Assembly (NCBI GenBank): GCA_051294375.1
Contig: CM119265.1
Coordinates: 4,710,421-4,774,420 of the forward strand
DNA length: 64,000 bases
Direction: 5' to 3'
Source: Paraspadella gotoi
Taxonomy: Eukaryota; Animalia; Chaetognatha
Below, piece by piece: positions 52,401 through 64,000 of this stretch. The notes beneath the pieces are model-generated. The model searched no databases, had not been told where the DNA came from, and saw only the letters and a program-made list of their open reading frames with translations. How positions within the stretch are numbered: position 1 is the first letter of the stretch; each line of letters starts with the position of its first letter. A program made the position numbers and the translations under genes.

Positions 52401-55400
52401 TTTCTCCTCCTCCCCTTCCTTCCCTTTTCTCGTCCTCTGCCTCTTTCCTTTTTCCCCTTTCCTTTCTTCCCTCCTTCCTTTTTTTCTCACTCCCTCCTTC
52501 CTTCCCTTTTTCTCGTCCCTCTGCTCTTATCCTTTTTTCCCCTTTCCTTTCTTCCTCCTTCCTTTTTTTTCACGACTCCCCCTCCTTCCTTTCTCGTCCC
52601 TCTCCCCTTTCCTTTTTCCCCTTTCCTTTCATCCCTCCTCCTTTTTTTCTCACTCCCCTTCCTTCCCTTTTTCTCGTCCTCTGCTCTTTCCTTTTTCCCC
52701 CTTTCCTTTCTTCCCTCCTTCCTTTTTTTCTCACTCCCCCTTCCTTCCCTTTTTCTCGTCCCTCTGCCTTTCTTTTTCCCCTTCCTTTCTTCCTCCTTCT
52801 TTTTTTCTCACTCCCCCTTCCTTCCCTTTTTCTCGTCCCTCTGCTCTTCCTTTTCCCTTCCTTCTTCCTTCCTTCCTTTTTTTCTCACTCGCCAGCCCTC
52901 CCTTTTTCTTCGTCCCTCTTCCCTTTCCTCTTTTCCTTTTCCTTTCTTCCTTCCTTTCGTTCCTTCCTTTTTTTTGCTTCTGTTTTCACTCTTCCAATTC
53001 CAAGGTTTTTTCTCTCGTCTCTCTCTATCGTTCTCATCTCGTCTCTCTTCTCTCCGTCTCTCCTCTTCTCTCTCTCTCTCCTCTCTCTTCTGCTTCCTTT
53101 ATTTACCCTGGATCATCCACTCCTTTAAAAAAAAGAAGGTGGTCCAAAAATTCACCCCATTTTGAAAGGGGGTTGTTCCTAAGCTCCCTCACTTTCAAGG
53201 GGGTGGTCTCTCTATGTCTGCTCGAAAAGTGACGGAACTCGCGAGATTGCGGATACCCTGTGAAACTATTCTTTATTTCTTTCACTGAGAAAAAGTTTGT
53301 TTTCTCTCTCGTCTATCTCCTATCTTTTTTGGGGTTCCTTGTTTGTCTCTGTCTCAATATATTTTTGTTTTACTTTCTCCCTGTTTCTTTCCGAATAAAT
53401 ATCCCTCTGAAAAAAGGAAAGAATCCTCATTGATTCTCTCAGAAACGAAACGGTTCAATAGTGAAAATGCGAAAAAGAAAACAAAAACAAGTCAATCAAA
53501 AGAAATTAAAATATAAACATATATGAGGACAAGATATCAAGCGAAAAAGGGTTCAGTCAATAAGAAGTCTTAGTTCAACTTTGTCTGATTCATGTTCACC
53601 GACTGGGTTAGTTAATTTTAAATCAGAGCTCCTTTGTTTGTTTTCGTTTTAATAAATCATCTTTTTTTTGTAAAAAACGATTGATGTGTATGAGAAAAAA
53701 AAAAAAAGATTGAAAGAATTATTTATACAGATAGAGGAAAGGAACATAAGATATAACGAAGATTGAGAGCGAGAGGGAAGAAAACGGAATAAAAAAACTC
53801 AACCGAGACGTTTTCTTCATTCGAATTCATGAACACTAAAATATTCGTTCGACAAAATCGTAATATTTATTCTATTTAACGCACTTTTACTGATGATAAC
53901 ACTCGTAAACAAGCGAAATGTTCTTTGGGGTGTACGTCTGTACGTTAGCCATTTGTTCTACGTTTCTTTCTTTTTCCTTTCTAGCGCACACTTCATGCTA
54001 CCAAATCGTCCGATCGCCAAAAAAAAAAAAAATTTTTCTTCAGTATTTTTCAGATTCATTCAAATACCAAAAATAAATTTAAGCTCAAAGTTCGATTATC
54101 TCGGTTTTAGTTAAAGAAGCCTTAATTTATCTAATAAAACAAAAATCACTAATCTTTTTCACCTTTTTTGTCACCTTATTTTTTTTCCTTCTTCCTTCAA
54201 CCCTTCCCTGTTTTTTTTCCCCCATTATTTTACTCCTTTGTCGAGCTAGTTAATGAATTAAAATCAATATCGGGCGGCAGGTGCTATCCCCTTTAGAGTC
54301 AGCTTCGTCCCTTCGAAAAGATCAAAACGGTCGTCAATTGAGAACCAACTCGAACTATAACACTTTGTGCATCCGATTCTCTTTTTGTTTTTTTTCAAAC
54401 AAAAAAAAAGGTTTTTCTTTTTCTCGTTTCCTTCGTCGCGCCATTGTTCTTTTTGAGTTGTTTTTATTTTTTGCTTGTTTCTCTTTCCTCGGGAAACGTT
54501 TTGTCTCATGCGAGAGAGAAAAAGAACTCTGGGGATCCTATTTTCTTTTCTTTTATTTATTTCTCACAGTGTCTGTCAGATTTTTTTTTTTTTTTTTTTT
54601 TGCGAGATCGCCCATCGGAATTGGTATTTCTTCTTTCTTTTTTGTTTTTTTTTCATTCATTCTTTTTTTCTTTCTATTGTATATTATCCTTCCATCTCTT
54701 TCGCCGCTTTCTTTCTTTTTCATCTTATTGATAACAACACAATTTTTTTTCTTTTTCTAAATACTCTGGTTACAGATTTATCTCGTCTTAATCAGCGCGA
54801 CTCATTAAAATGTTTTTTTTTTTCGTTTCGTCTTTTTCCACCGTTAGGCTAGCTTTTTTTTTCTTATGAAAATGTTGAATCTTTCTCTCTCTCACTCTCC
54901 TGTTTTCTCTACTTCCTCCATTCTCTCTCTCCCTCCCTCTCATATCGTCTTTACTCATTCACGGGGCGCATAACTGTTGCAGCTTGTCCTCAGTTTATTT
55001 AATGATGAACCCCCCGCTTTCTCTACCACCCTCCGTTCTCTCCGCCATTTAAATCCCCCCCTCTCTTCACCCCCTAACCATTTCCTTCCTTCCCGGTCTC
55101 ATCAAATATGCAAAAAAAAAGAGAAAGAAAATTCTCGGGTCGAATCGCGCGGGAGCCGAGATCCACGATTGTTCTCCTCCAACGTNNNNNNNNNNNNNNN
55201 NNNNNNNNNNTTTTTTTTTTTTTTTTACTTCTCAAATTTTGTCGTCGTCGTTGTCGAGGTGATCGTTGTTGTTGTTGTAGTTACTAGCCGTCCCATTCAA
55301 CTTTTGTTCAGTCCATCTCGATGGTGATTTAAATTTTCCCAAAAATCATTTCCGACGTGAAACATTCGGTTGGCTCGATTAACGAACTTTGAAATCCCCG

Positions 55401-55875
55401 TATTTCTTGGCTTCTCTTGTTCTCCGCCATGAAATTCCCACCTTTTCTTTTAAATTTTACATTTGCTTTCACCCTTTTCTATGTGACAATTAAATTATAA
55501 GTAAAAAAAACTAAACAAATATATGAACAAAAAAATAGCGGACATGATCTGGAAAAAAAGGGCCTGACTGGGTAAATGGTGACAATAAAAAGCGGAGAAA
55601 AAAAAATTCGCTGTGAAAAATAAAACTCGTGAATCGAAAGAAGTGTGAACCCGAGAGTTTTTCTTTTCTGCATTTTACTTTACTCTTTCCCCTTTTTTCT
55701 TTTTCCGCGTTCCTTATATTCTCTACTATCTTTGCGCTTTCTTTGTCCAACGAGGAAAAAAAAACAAAATGCAAACAAAAAAAAAGAGAAGAGTTGCTGT
55801 CTGGCTCGCGCGTGAAAGGAAAACAAATAAAACAGAAGAGAAAACAAAAACTGGACGAGAATGGAGAGAGAGAAA

Positions 55876-55912
<37 letters not shown>

Positions 55913-56079
55913 GTCAGCAACAAGGCTCGACCGTCTGCAACAGTGTCCTCGAGACTGGGAGAGAAAGATAGAGACAGAGAGGCCCCTCTTGTTTTCCATC
56001 AAGCTCTTCCCTCTTTTTTTTCTCTCTCTCCCTTGCAAGTCGCGGAATCGAATTGCTAAATTGCTGACTGCTCTGATCT

Positions 56080-56134
<55 letters not shown>

Positions 56135-57119
56135 CTCACGAACCACGGTGCCACGTGCAGCCCTCCCCTTTTCGTGGTTGCCATGGTCACCATCGTACAA
56201 ATTGATTCACCTGTGGTTCTCGATGAATTCACTCTGGATGTCATCGTCGTCGTATTCAAGCACGACATAATTTCCGTTTCGATCCCAATGACGTCATGTG
56301 ATCTCACCTTTTTTATTCGTTTATTTCTTTCTCGGTTCCATCGCATCATTTTCCACTTCCGCCAGATTTTTTCCTGCATGACACGCCCCCAACTCCACGA
56401 TTTCACCGCGCCATTTCCGGTCGCGATGCCATCGTCGTTTATGGCGCCGATTAGAAGGAGACGCCGTGGATGGGCGGGGAAAGGGGCGCGGAAGGGGGGG
56501 GGCGAAGAAACCGGCGTCGGCGGCGCGAGATAAGAATGTGGAACGAGTCCATTCTTCACCATCGGCGGTCGTTAGAGACGCTTGGCGTTGTGCTTGGATC
56601 TCTGCTTGGGTCTCTGCTTGCCTTTCTTATTTAACATTCAGCTCGCCTTTGTACTGGTGTTTGAGTTTTAGCGGAAAATTAAGATTTTTAGCCTTGAAAT
56701 ACTTTTTTGTAAATATTTTTTTTTCTCCCTATCTTCTCTTCTTTTTTTCTTTCTCTCTATTTCAATCTTTTGTTTTCATTTCTCTCTCTCCCTCTCTCTC
56801 CTTCCTTCTTATCATTATTAAGAGCGGAAAGAAATAAACTTCGACAATTGTTTACTCTCTCACCATTATTATTCGAATAATTTGAAGAATATTTTTTTTC
56901 TAAAAATACATTCTTCTCTAGACCTTTCTTTTTTCCCTTTTTCTTTTTTTTTCTTTTAAAATTTATTATCGGAAAAAACTCTCGAAAAATTGGAGGCCTC
57001 TCGAAAACAAAAAAAAATCGGTTAGAGTCCCTTGAAAATCGCTGATAAAGCATGAAAGACTCGAGAGCCGTTTTTCTCTTCGTCTTGACAAACGATATCA
57101 TGATTTCTGTGTAGTAGGT

Positions 57120-57175
<56 letters not shown>

Positions 57176-57357
57176 CCTCACTCTCTCTCTCTCTCTCTCT
57201 CTGCCCTTGTTTCCCATAGGAGTGGCATCTTTTAATACGGTGTTATTCGTTGCTTTGGTTTTATTTGATTTCCAAGTTCCGCCATTTTGCAAAAAATGAG
57301 ACTGTTACAATCTGGTCTTCGTCTTGAAATGTGTAGTTCTCTCTTTTTTCATCTTTC

Positions 57358-57409
<52 letters not shown>

Positions 57410-58774
57410 GTACGAAATTAATGTTCCGCGAAACCCCATCTCGCCTCTGTCCCCCTCTCGCTTCCAAAGCCCAACGTTCCGCCGAGGAATGATTCGCCTA
57501 CCAGATTCCGGCCGAAGATTGGTTCTAATCTGAAGAAGATTCCGCAGCGCGGTTTTCTTCTCGGCGGCGGCCGGGGTCGCCGGATGCTGGCGGAGTCGCC
57601 GAGCGGCGCTCGTTATCGGGCGACGGTGGAGGCATCCCGGAGAGGAAGGGAAAGGGGAGAAAGAAAAATGAGCCGGAAAAGGCGAGAGGGAAACGCGGCT
57701 CCGATCCACCGGAGAGAAAATGGCGAAGAAGAAGAAAAAAAAAAAAGGAAGGAAAACCGTTTTTCTTTTTTATATTTTTTTTCCCCTTTCGGCGCCATCG
57801 ACGCCGACGGCGGCGTCCGCCTACATTGCGCCGGCGTCATTCTGCGCCATCTTCCCTCCGGAAACGACGCCCGGCGACGCCGATTGGCGACGTCATCGCG
57901 ATCTTGCATCTGTCGCTCGCACGCGCGACGCCTGGGGAGGGAGCGAGCGAAAGAGAGAAATATGACCTTTCCCGCCGCGAGATGGCGGTTATGGTTGTCG
58001 TCTTCGTCGTCGTTCCCGGCGTTCGTCTCCGTACCCAGTCTCGTCTGTCAAAACCCAACTGTCATCGACGTTTTGTCTCCGTCTCTTCCTCGAAAAACCC
58101 CTCGGCTCTCGGGACGACGTTGATCCGCCCAAAACGGCCGAGGCGTCATCCGTCCTCCGGGTTCTTTTCCAGGGTCGCTTTACCCCCGAGGGTAAGTCTG
58201 AGGCTCCTGAGACTCCTCCGCACGCCATCTGTTGTTTCCTAAATTTGGATTTCGCAAAGTTGGAAGATTCTCGTGGTACCACGTGGTTCTCGGATGTTGT
58301 TTTAAAATGGTTGCGTATTTACTGGAATTGGCCACTAGCCCCCAAAAAAAATGTTTATGGCCAATGGTCTCGAATTTTTTACCGTTCTCTTGTTGTGATA
58401 ATAACCTAATGTTTGAGGATGTAGCCTCACCTCTTCTAATCTCGTCCTACCTTAACTTACTTTGTTCAATTTTAGCTCAACCTCGCTCCTCTCAAAACAA
58501 TGGGATTCTGTAATTTTGGGTTTTTAATCTCGGCAGAGTTGACGGGTTAATCCTCCCGGTTTGTGTTACGAACAAGAGAAGGTGACGAAAGCCGATTTCA
58601 ATCCCCGACAATTTTCTTTGGCTTTTTCTTCTTTCCTTTAATCGAGCCCTGTTTTCCCCTTTATTTTCCTTTATTTTCCTTTTTTTTCTTTTCCTTTGCT
58701 TTTTGAAGTCAGACGGAATCGCGAGTTTCGTGAGTAAAAATCTCATGATGTCGTTCAATTTGTTGTCGTCGGTT

Positions 58775-58843
<69 letters not shown>

Positions 58844-59242
58844 TCCCAACGGCTTTTTTGTTTTTCGCTCCTCTTCCTTCTCTCCCTTTTTTAGAGGCTC
58901 TCTCTCTCTTTCATTTTCGTCTTAATTCTCTTGGTCTCTTTCTCTCTCTCCCCTGCTTTAAAAATACTGACTCGAACTATATTTTATACTGAATCGCATT
59001 CTCTCTCCGTTTATTCGTCCCTCGTGGTGGCGCTTAAATATTTTAATTTCTCTCTCTCTCTTCTCTCTCTCTCTCTCATCTACGCTCACTCTGTCTCTCA
59101 TGCTTCATCCGGATCTCGTATGTCGCGAATAGCGCCCTCCTTTTCTGTTTCTTTCTTCGCTCATTAATGTCGGAAATGGAAGAGGTTGGTGGGCGGAGAT
59201 TGAACGTATTCTTCATTCAACTCATTTCCTTCTCTCTCTCTA

Positions 59243-59275
<33 letters not shown>

Positions 59276-59683
59276 CTCTCTACTCCCGCTTCTGGTTCGC
59301 ACGCGAAAATCGGCGCCATTTTTTTATAGTAGAGACCAAAACTTCGTCATGGGGTGGATCAGAATGTGATTTGGGAACCTTTACCAAATGAACACATTAC
59401 GATACATTGAGAATAACTATTCTCAAAAGGAGCAATAATTTTATAATCTAAATAAATAGGCAAGAAGCAAGTAATTTAACTTTTAAACTATTTATTTAAA
59501 ATAGAATATCATAGACTAGAATTAAGTATTATTAGTCAGAAGGATCATGCTTATAGTAAGTAGTATATTTTTTTAAAGCGTTCAAAATCATGAAATTCTC
59601 ACAATGCTATATTCTTTACATACTCTTTGAGATAAAGCTGGGTTTAAAGTTGAGAAAAACTTAAGAGAACACTTCCATCATCA

Positions 59684-60014
59684 TGCAGTATTATTTAGTT
59701 ACTGTTCATAGCCTCAGCATAGAATTCCCATCACTCCAGAACGCCCATGGTTGATAACGTGATGTAGTGTAGAGTTAAAAACCTTCAGTAACAGTAATAA
59801 CATACAAACATATTTCATCATAGTTTCATGTCAATAACATACTTAGTAGGCATCTCCCGGGAGTGTGAAAAGTTATGTTAATCTTCTGCGCAGCGTTTGA
59901 ATCCTGCGCCTCTTAAACTCAGTACAACCTTTTCTAAATCCTTGACGAACGCTAAGCAAAGATCATCGTTTTACGTTACGACGCCAAGTTTCACGCGCGC
60001 AGACTCTCTTAACA
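59684..60014 (-). repeat. 3' LTR
   Basis: Matches 62961-63303 (ctccagaacgcccatg, gatgtagtgtagagttaaaaac, tttcacgcgcgcagac...taaca). Outer boundary is 59684 or 59703. Confidence 0.88.
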
Positions 60015-60022
60015 CTCCCCCT
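60015..60022 (-). other. Polypurine tract
   Basis: Minus strand AGGGGGAG directly precedes the TGTT of the 3' LTR. Confidence 0.75.
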
Positions 60023-60129
60023 GTACGTACACGGACACTAATACAGAGAGGTCCGCCACACCGCTGCTCTTCTCCTGTGGCAGTAGAGCCGTTGCAAATT
60101 TGTCCACTCAGCATGCAACCCGAGTTTTT

Positions 60130-62760
60130 TATCCCCATGAGTTTCGGCTCCGCTGACGACCCATTGAATGCACGCGACGGGGCTCCTTAGCTCTCCTTTG
60201 ACCCACCAACTCAGTTGGCTCCAAAATTGATGGAGGCACAAACTCCCCCGTCGCATCCCGAAGCGCCACCGACTTAACGGCGTCGATCTGCGTTGTCAGC
60301 GGCGCCCAGCGTCGTCTCCTTGACCCCTGTCTGACGATTTTGCTGGCAACCGGCGTCGTCTCCTTGATGACGCCCTGCTTATTGCCGCTCCACCCGTGGC
60401 GTTCATGCGGCCCCGGATTTTCGATGTCCTTTCTCCCTTTTGCGTCATCATCTTGTCTGTGGGGTGTCAACTTCGTGCATGCGAGGTTCACAGAAACAGT
60501 TGAGGGTGCATGTTTGGGGTGAGAAACCGATCACCATTGAAAAGTTCTGTTCTATGAATTTTCCTTCCCCCTCTTGTTTCACAAGATTAATCAATTTGTT
60601 TAGTTTAATATCACTGTATACAGAGACGATCAAATTTAATAAATTTGTCTCAAACTTGCTCACTCAGCTTTCACGTCTTTTTCAAAACTGTTTCAAGCTC
60701 ACTTCAACTTCTATACTTCCGTCTTTAAATCTTGTGTATTTTCATGATTTATGCTGGGCACCACAAAGAATAAACAAATCTAATACACCCCATCTATTCT
60801 TTCATTGCTTCTTATTTTACTTCTTTATTAAAGTAAAAGTGCAACTGGGTCCACAAACTTTAATAAATAATGTTTTGATTTGTTTAGACAACAACTCCAC
60901 TGTTGTCGTCATCGTCGTCTCTCTGAGCCAAAAGAAGACCTTATCTTTTCTCTCCTAGTCCTCTCAACTCATGTCCATGGCATATACACCAGCCTCATGA
61001 TGTGTTCGGTTAATTTTAACAAATTCCAGAGTTTTCCTTTCATCTCCAGAAATATTTCTCTCACACCCTCATCCTCTTGATGTGAGTCGTCAAACAAAAT
61101 TTTAGTTCACCTCCAACTTTGTCAGCCTGCTCCAAGGCATAAGTATAAGGATTCCCCTCATTTTCCCCCGTCTTTTTTCTTCCTTTAGACGAGCATCATA
61201 ATCGATATGCTCAAATATTTTATCAATTTAGCAAGTTTTGGTAATGTGAGACACAAGCTAGCCAAGTTTGTAAACTTTTTATTTTTTTTCATCTTTTTCA
61301 ATACTTTTCATGAAGAGCTGATCTTGTAGCCAGCAATGTTCATTAATATTGTTCATCATTTAACTCGTCATTTTCTTTCCTTATCTACAAAGTAGAGCGA
61401 TTAAAACTGTATGAAGAGTTGTGATAGCTAAGTTGGATCCAACCGTACTGTCATAAACCGTATATCTTATACATTCCATTATTGATCTCCTGATTTCATA
61501 CGGGATTTATAGAAATTAACAATGAAAGCAGCGAGGTGGAGGCTCCCGAGCTCTTCCATGTGAATGACCTTGTAATCTGACACAACAGGACTGTCGCCAT
61601 GAGATTGAGTGTACAGCAAGCCTCAACACTCAACGTCTTGAAAGTTAAGCTCAAAGGGATGAAATTGAAAAATTCTCCTTCACACAAATGATAGCAGCGC
61701 CCAGCAATGGCCAGCAATTCAGTGGTTCAACAATGGCATTCAATGCATTTCTCCGCAACGTCTCGATTACAGGCGGATGGGTGGCCGATTGATCTCTCCT
61801 CATTTCTCCATTTTGACAGTTTCTTCCGCAACCCCTTTCCACAACTTTTTCCGATCTTTACGCAACTTCTTTCGGCGACTCATTTCCGCAACCTTTCCAC
61901 AACTTTTTTCCTCAATCTTTTCCGCAACGTCCAATTTGAAACTTCTTGGGCAGCAACTCTTTCATTCACCAGCAGACTTTTCAAGCAAATTCTTCAACAG
62001 CGACTTCTTTAGCGCAGCAGCTTCTTTAGCTGAACGTCTTCCTACAGCAGCCTTTCTAAACGCAGATTTTTCAGCAGCATCGTCTTTCAGCAGCATCTTC
62101 TTTAAGGCAGCAACTTCTTCTGCAGACCAGCATCGTGGCAGGACTTCTCACGAACAGCCTCAGCTTCTTTATTGTTTTTCTGCGGCGCGTCATCAGGATC
62201 GGCGCACCATTCATTTTCGGCAAGGGTTCTCGTACGAGTCGATAGGCGGTCAGGCAATTCCTCGTTGCGTCGTCCTCTCCTAATAAACTCCTTCGTGAGG
62301 AACCTCCTTTGTTCGTCCGCCTTCCATCTGCTCCACTTGGACGTCGCCAGCCTTTCAATCTCTGCTCTCTCCTTTCTTTTCGTGTTTTATGTCTGACTTC
62401 CTTCTCCCATTCTCTGGCCTTTCCTCCACCTCATTATTCTTTCTTCGTTCTCTTTCGAATTTCTTTCAATTTTTCTTTCAGCTCATCCGCTCTTCATCCA
62501 CCCTCGTCTTGCTCTCTCTTTTCGTATTCATATCGTCGTTCTTTCTCTCCTCTCTATCGCTATAACTTTTCTCTTGCCATTTCTATACCTTGACCACCTT
62601 TGGGCGAATCATCTCGCAAGACGATCTGAGACGACGTCGTTCATATTCTAGCTTTTGAGGACGGTTTTGACGCTGACTCTTGTCGCTCCCTAAGAAGGCT
62701 GAAGACTCTGTCGTGACCTTTGGCGACGAGCAGACCATCGTCGACGTCCGCCATCCAATG
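60130..62760 (-). pseudogene. Frameshifted coding-like internal region of the LTR element (E/K/R-rich then A/E/K/V-repeat coiled-coil-like, then unknown domain)
   Basis: Minus strand is purine-rich at ~62300-62590, has repeated GCTGCT/GTTGCGGAA/GTTGTGGAA codons at ~61810-62120, and in-frame fragments such as SDYKVIHMEELGSLHLAAFIVNFYKSRMK and DKIFEHIDYDARLKEEKRRG. Breaks may be read errors. Confidence 0.5.
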
Positions 62761-62937
62761 CTAGATGCTCTACAATCGATGTTTCTCGCGAGGCGGCTCG
62801 GACCCCGTCCCTTATCGTAGCTCCCTCTTTACTCCTCACAGCGATCAATGTTTGATCTGCTGCTCGCTGCTGCTGCTCGCTGATTAGCGTTTAGTTAGAT
62901 TTAATTGTTGAATTAGAATTATTAGTTTTGTTTAATT

Positions 62938-62959
62938 TTCAAATCCGCCGGATTAGACA
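62938..62959 (-). other. Putative primer-binding site (tRNA 3'-end complement)
   Basis: Plus strand TTCAAATCCGCCGGATTAGACA reads as T-loop + T-stem + 7-nt acceptor strand + A + (C)CA, one C short of CCA; G72/A73 would fit eukaryotic tRNA-Tyr. It abuts the 5' LTR. Confidence 0.55.
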
Positions 62960-62960
62960 T

Positions 62961-63303
62961 TAAGTTTTTAATATTAGTATGTTCATGAGCCTCAGCAAGA
63001 ATTTCCCTCACCTCCAGAACGCCCATGCTTGATAAACCGGTGATGTAGTGTAGAGTTAAAAACTTCACGTAACAGTAATAAACATAACAAACATAATTCT
63101 TCATAGTCATGTCAATAACATAACTAGTAGGCATTCTCCGGGGGAATGATGGAAAAATATTGTTAATCTTCTGCCGCAGCGTTTTGATCCTGCCGACCTC
63201 TAAACTCAGTTCAACCTTTTCTAAAATCCTTTGAGAAACGCTGAAGCAAAGATCATCGTTACTTAACGACCGCCAGTTTCACGCGCGCAGACCTTCTCTA
63301 ACA
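62961..63303 (-). repeat. 5' LTR
   Basis: Direct repeat of 59684-60014; ends ...ctctaaca on plus (TGTTAG on minus). Confidence 0.88.
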
Positions 63304-64000
63304 ATATCATCCGATAATTTTAGCAGTTTTACTAAATTTTTGAGTTAAAAAACATCAAAATTTTAAAAAGTGAATTATAATATTTTGCTAACTTATTAAG
63401 CTCTATCAGAATCATTTAAAAAAACTTAAAATAGAAAAAAAAATTTTTGACATTATAAGCAATATAATATAATTAATTAAGCGAATACTCATGGTTCGTA
63501 ACATTTTGTTGCAAAAAAATATTTTAAACACAATAATGTAATACCAAATAATGGAATTAGTTTAATGCTGTTCTCCCATTTAAATTGAATTTGGTCGCTA
63601 CCGCTACCATAAGGTTTTTTGTTTTCCGTCGAAAAAACTTTGCGATTCGACGCGTCGATTTCACTCTGGCATCCAGGTCGGCTTCGCCGAGACCGTTCTC
63701 TCTTCTCCGCCGCAGGCCTCTCTTTGTTTCCTAAAGTCCCCCCCCGCTCCTTCCGCTTTCCATCTAATTTCCCGCCTTGTTTTGACTCAAAACAAAAGAA
63801 AACGAAAGAGAGAAAGAGGAAAACACTTTCCCCTTTTTTCTTCTTTCCAGATCGCAAAAGGTCGAAAACTGGATGAGATTTTTGACCGAAGGTGAAGAGC
63901 AAGTCGCCTAAGCGCTAATGCTTCCGTCGTAGAGGCCGTTAGTCGAAAGAAGGCCTTCGAGCATTCATTCATCGCTGTCGATCTTCATCATTCATCTCAT

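Larger units (their letters stand above)
59684..63303 (-). mobile_element. ~3.6 kb LTR retroelement, BEL/Pao-like cis signals, apparently non-autonomous
   Basis: Two ~330-340 bp direct repeats starting TGTT on the minus strand, purine tract abutting the 3' LTR, tRNA-like PBS abutting the 5' LTR, similar flanks (atcatca / atatca). Internal ~2.9 kb shows no RT, RNase H or integrase motif by eye. Confidence 0.85.
59328..63602. mobile_element. ~0.65 kb AT-rich TIR element (MITE, possibly Merlin-like) split by an LTR element
   Basis: Absent from copy A at 44818-44825; left end gtagagaccaaaacttc vs reverse complement of right end ggtagcgaccaaattc; candidate 8 bp TSD gctaccat (63603-63610) with noisy left counterpart gcgccat (59313-59319). 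Confidence 0.55.
49440..64000 (+). repeat. Copy C of large duplicated block
   Basis: Matches 32984-45215 apart from insertions; resumes after the nested insertion at 63603 (gctaccataaggtttttt, matching 44818). Minisatellite copy at ~52402-52974. Confidence 0.95.

Overview
Eukaryotic, AT-rich, gene-poor DNA dense in (AG/CT)n and (GAC/GTC)n microsatellites, from an error-prone gap-filled long-read assembly (indel-rich duplicate copies, five exactly-25-N gaps). I recognise no protein family, rRNA, tRNA gene or CRISPR array, and nearly all listed ORFs are microsatellite or low-complexity artefacts. Much of the large-scale structure looks artefactual: a ~1.8 kb-arm palindrome (10162-13834) with a PacBio-adapter-like centre, a second inversion (34574-35310), and a 12-15 kb region present two to three times (32984-45215, 46220-49423, 49440-64000). 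The two long copies expose real biology because each carries an insertion the other lacks. Copy A has an 820 bp TTAA-flanked, Kolobok-like non-autonomous transposon (43102-43921). Copy C has a ~4.3 kb nested insertion: a ~3.6 kb BEL/Pao-like LTR element (59684-63303, minus strand) with no visible pol and an unrecognised frameshifted coiled-coil-like ORF, inside a small TIR element (possibly Merlin-like). That nested element is the best candidate for something undescribed. The line labelled 20001 after 20941 is treated as 21001.
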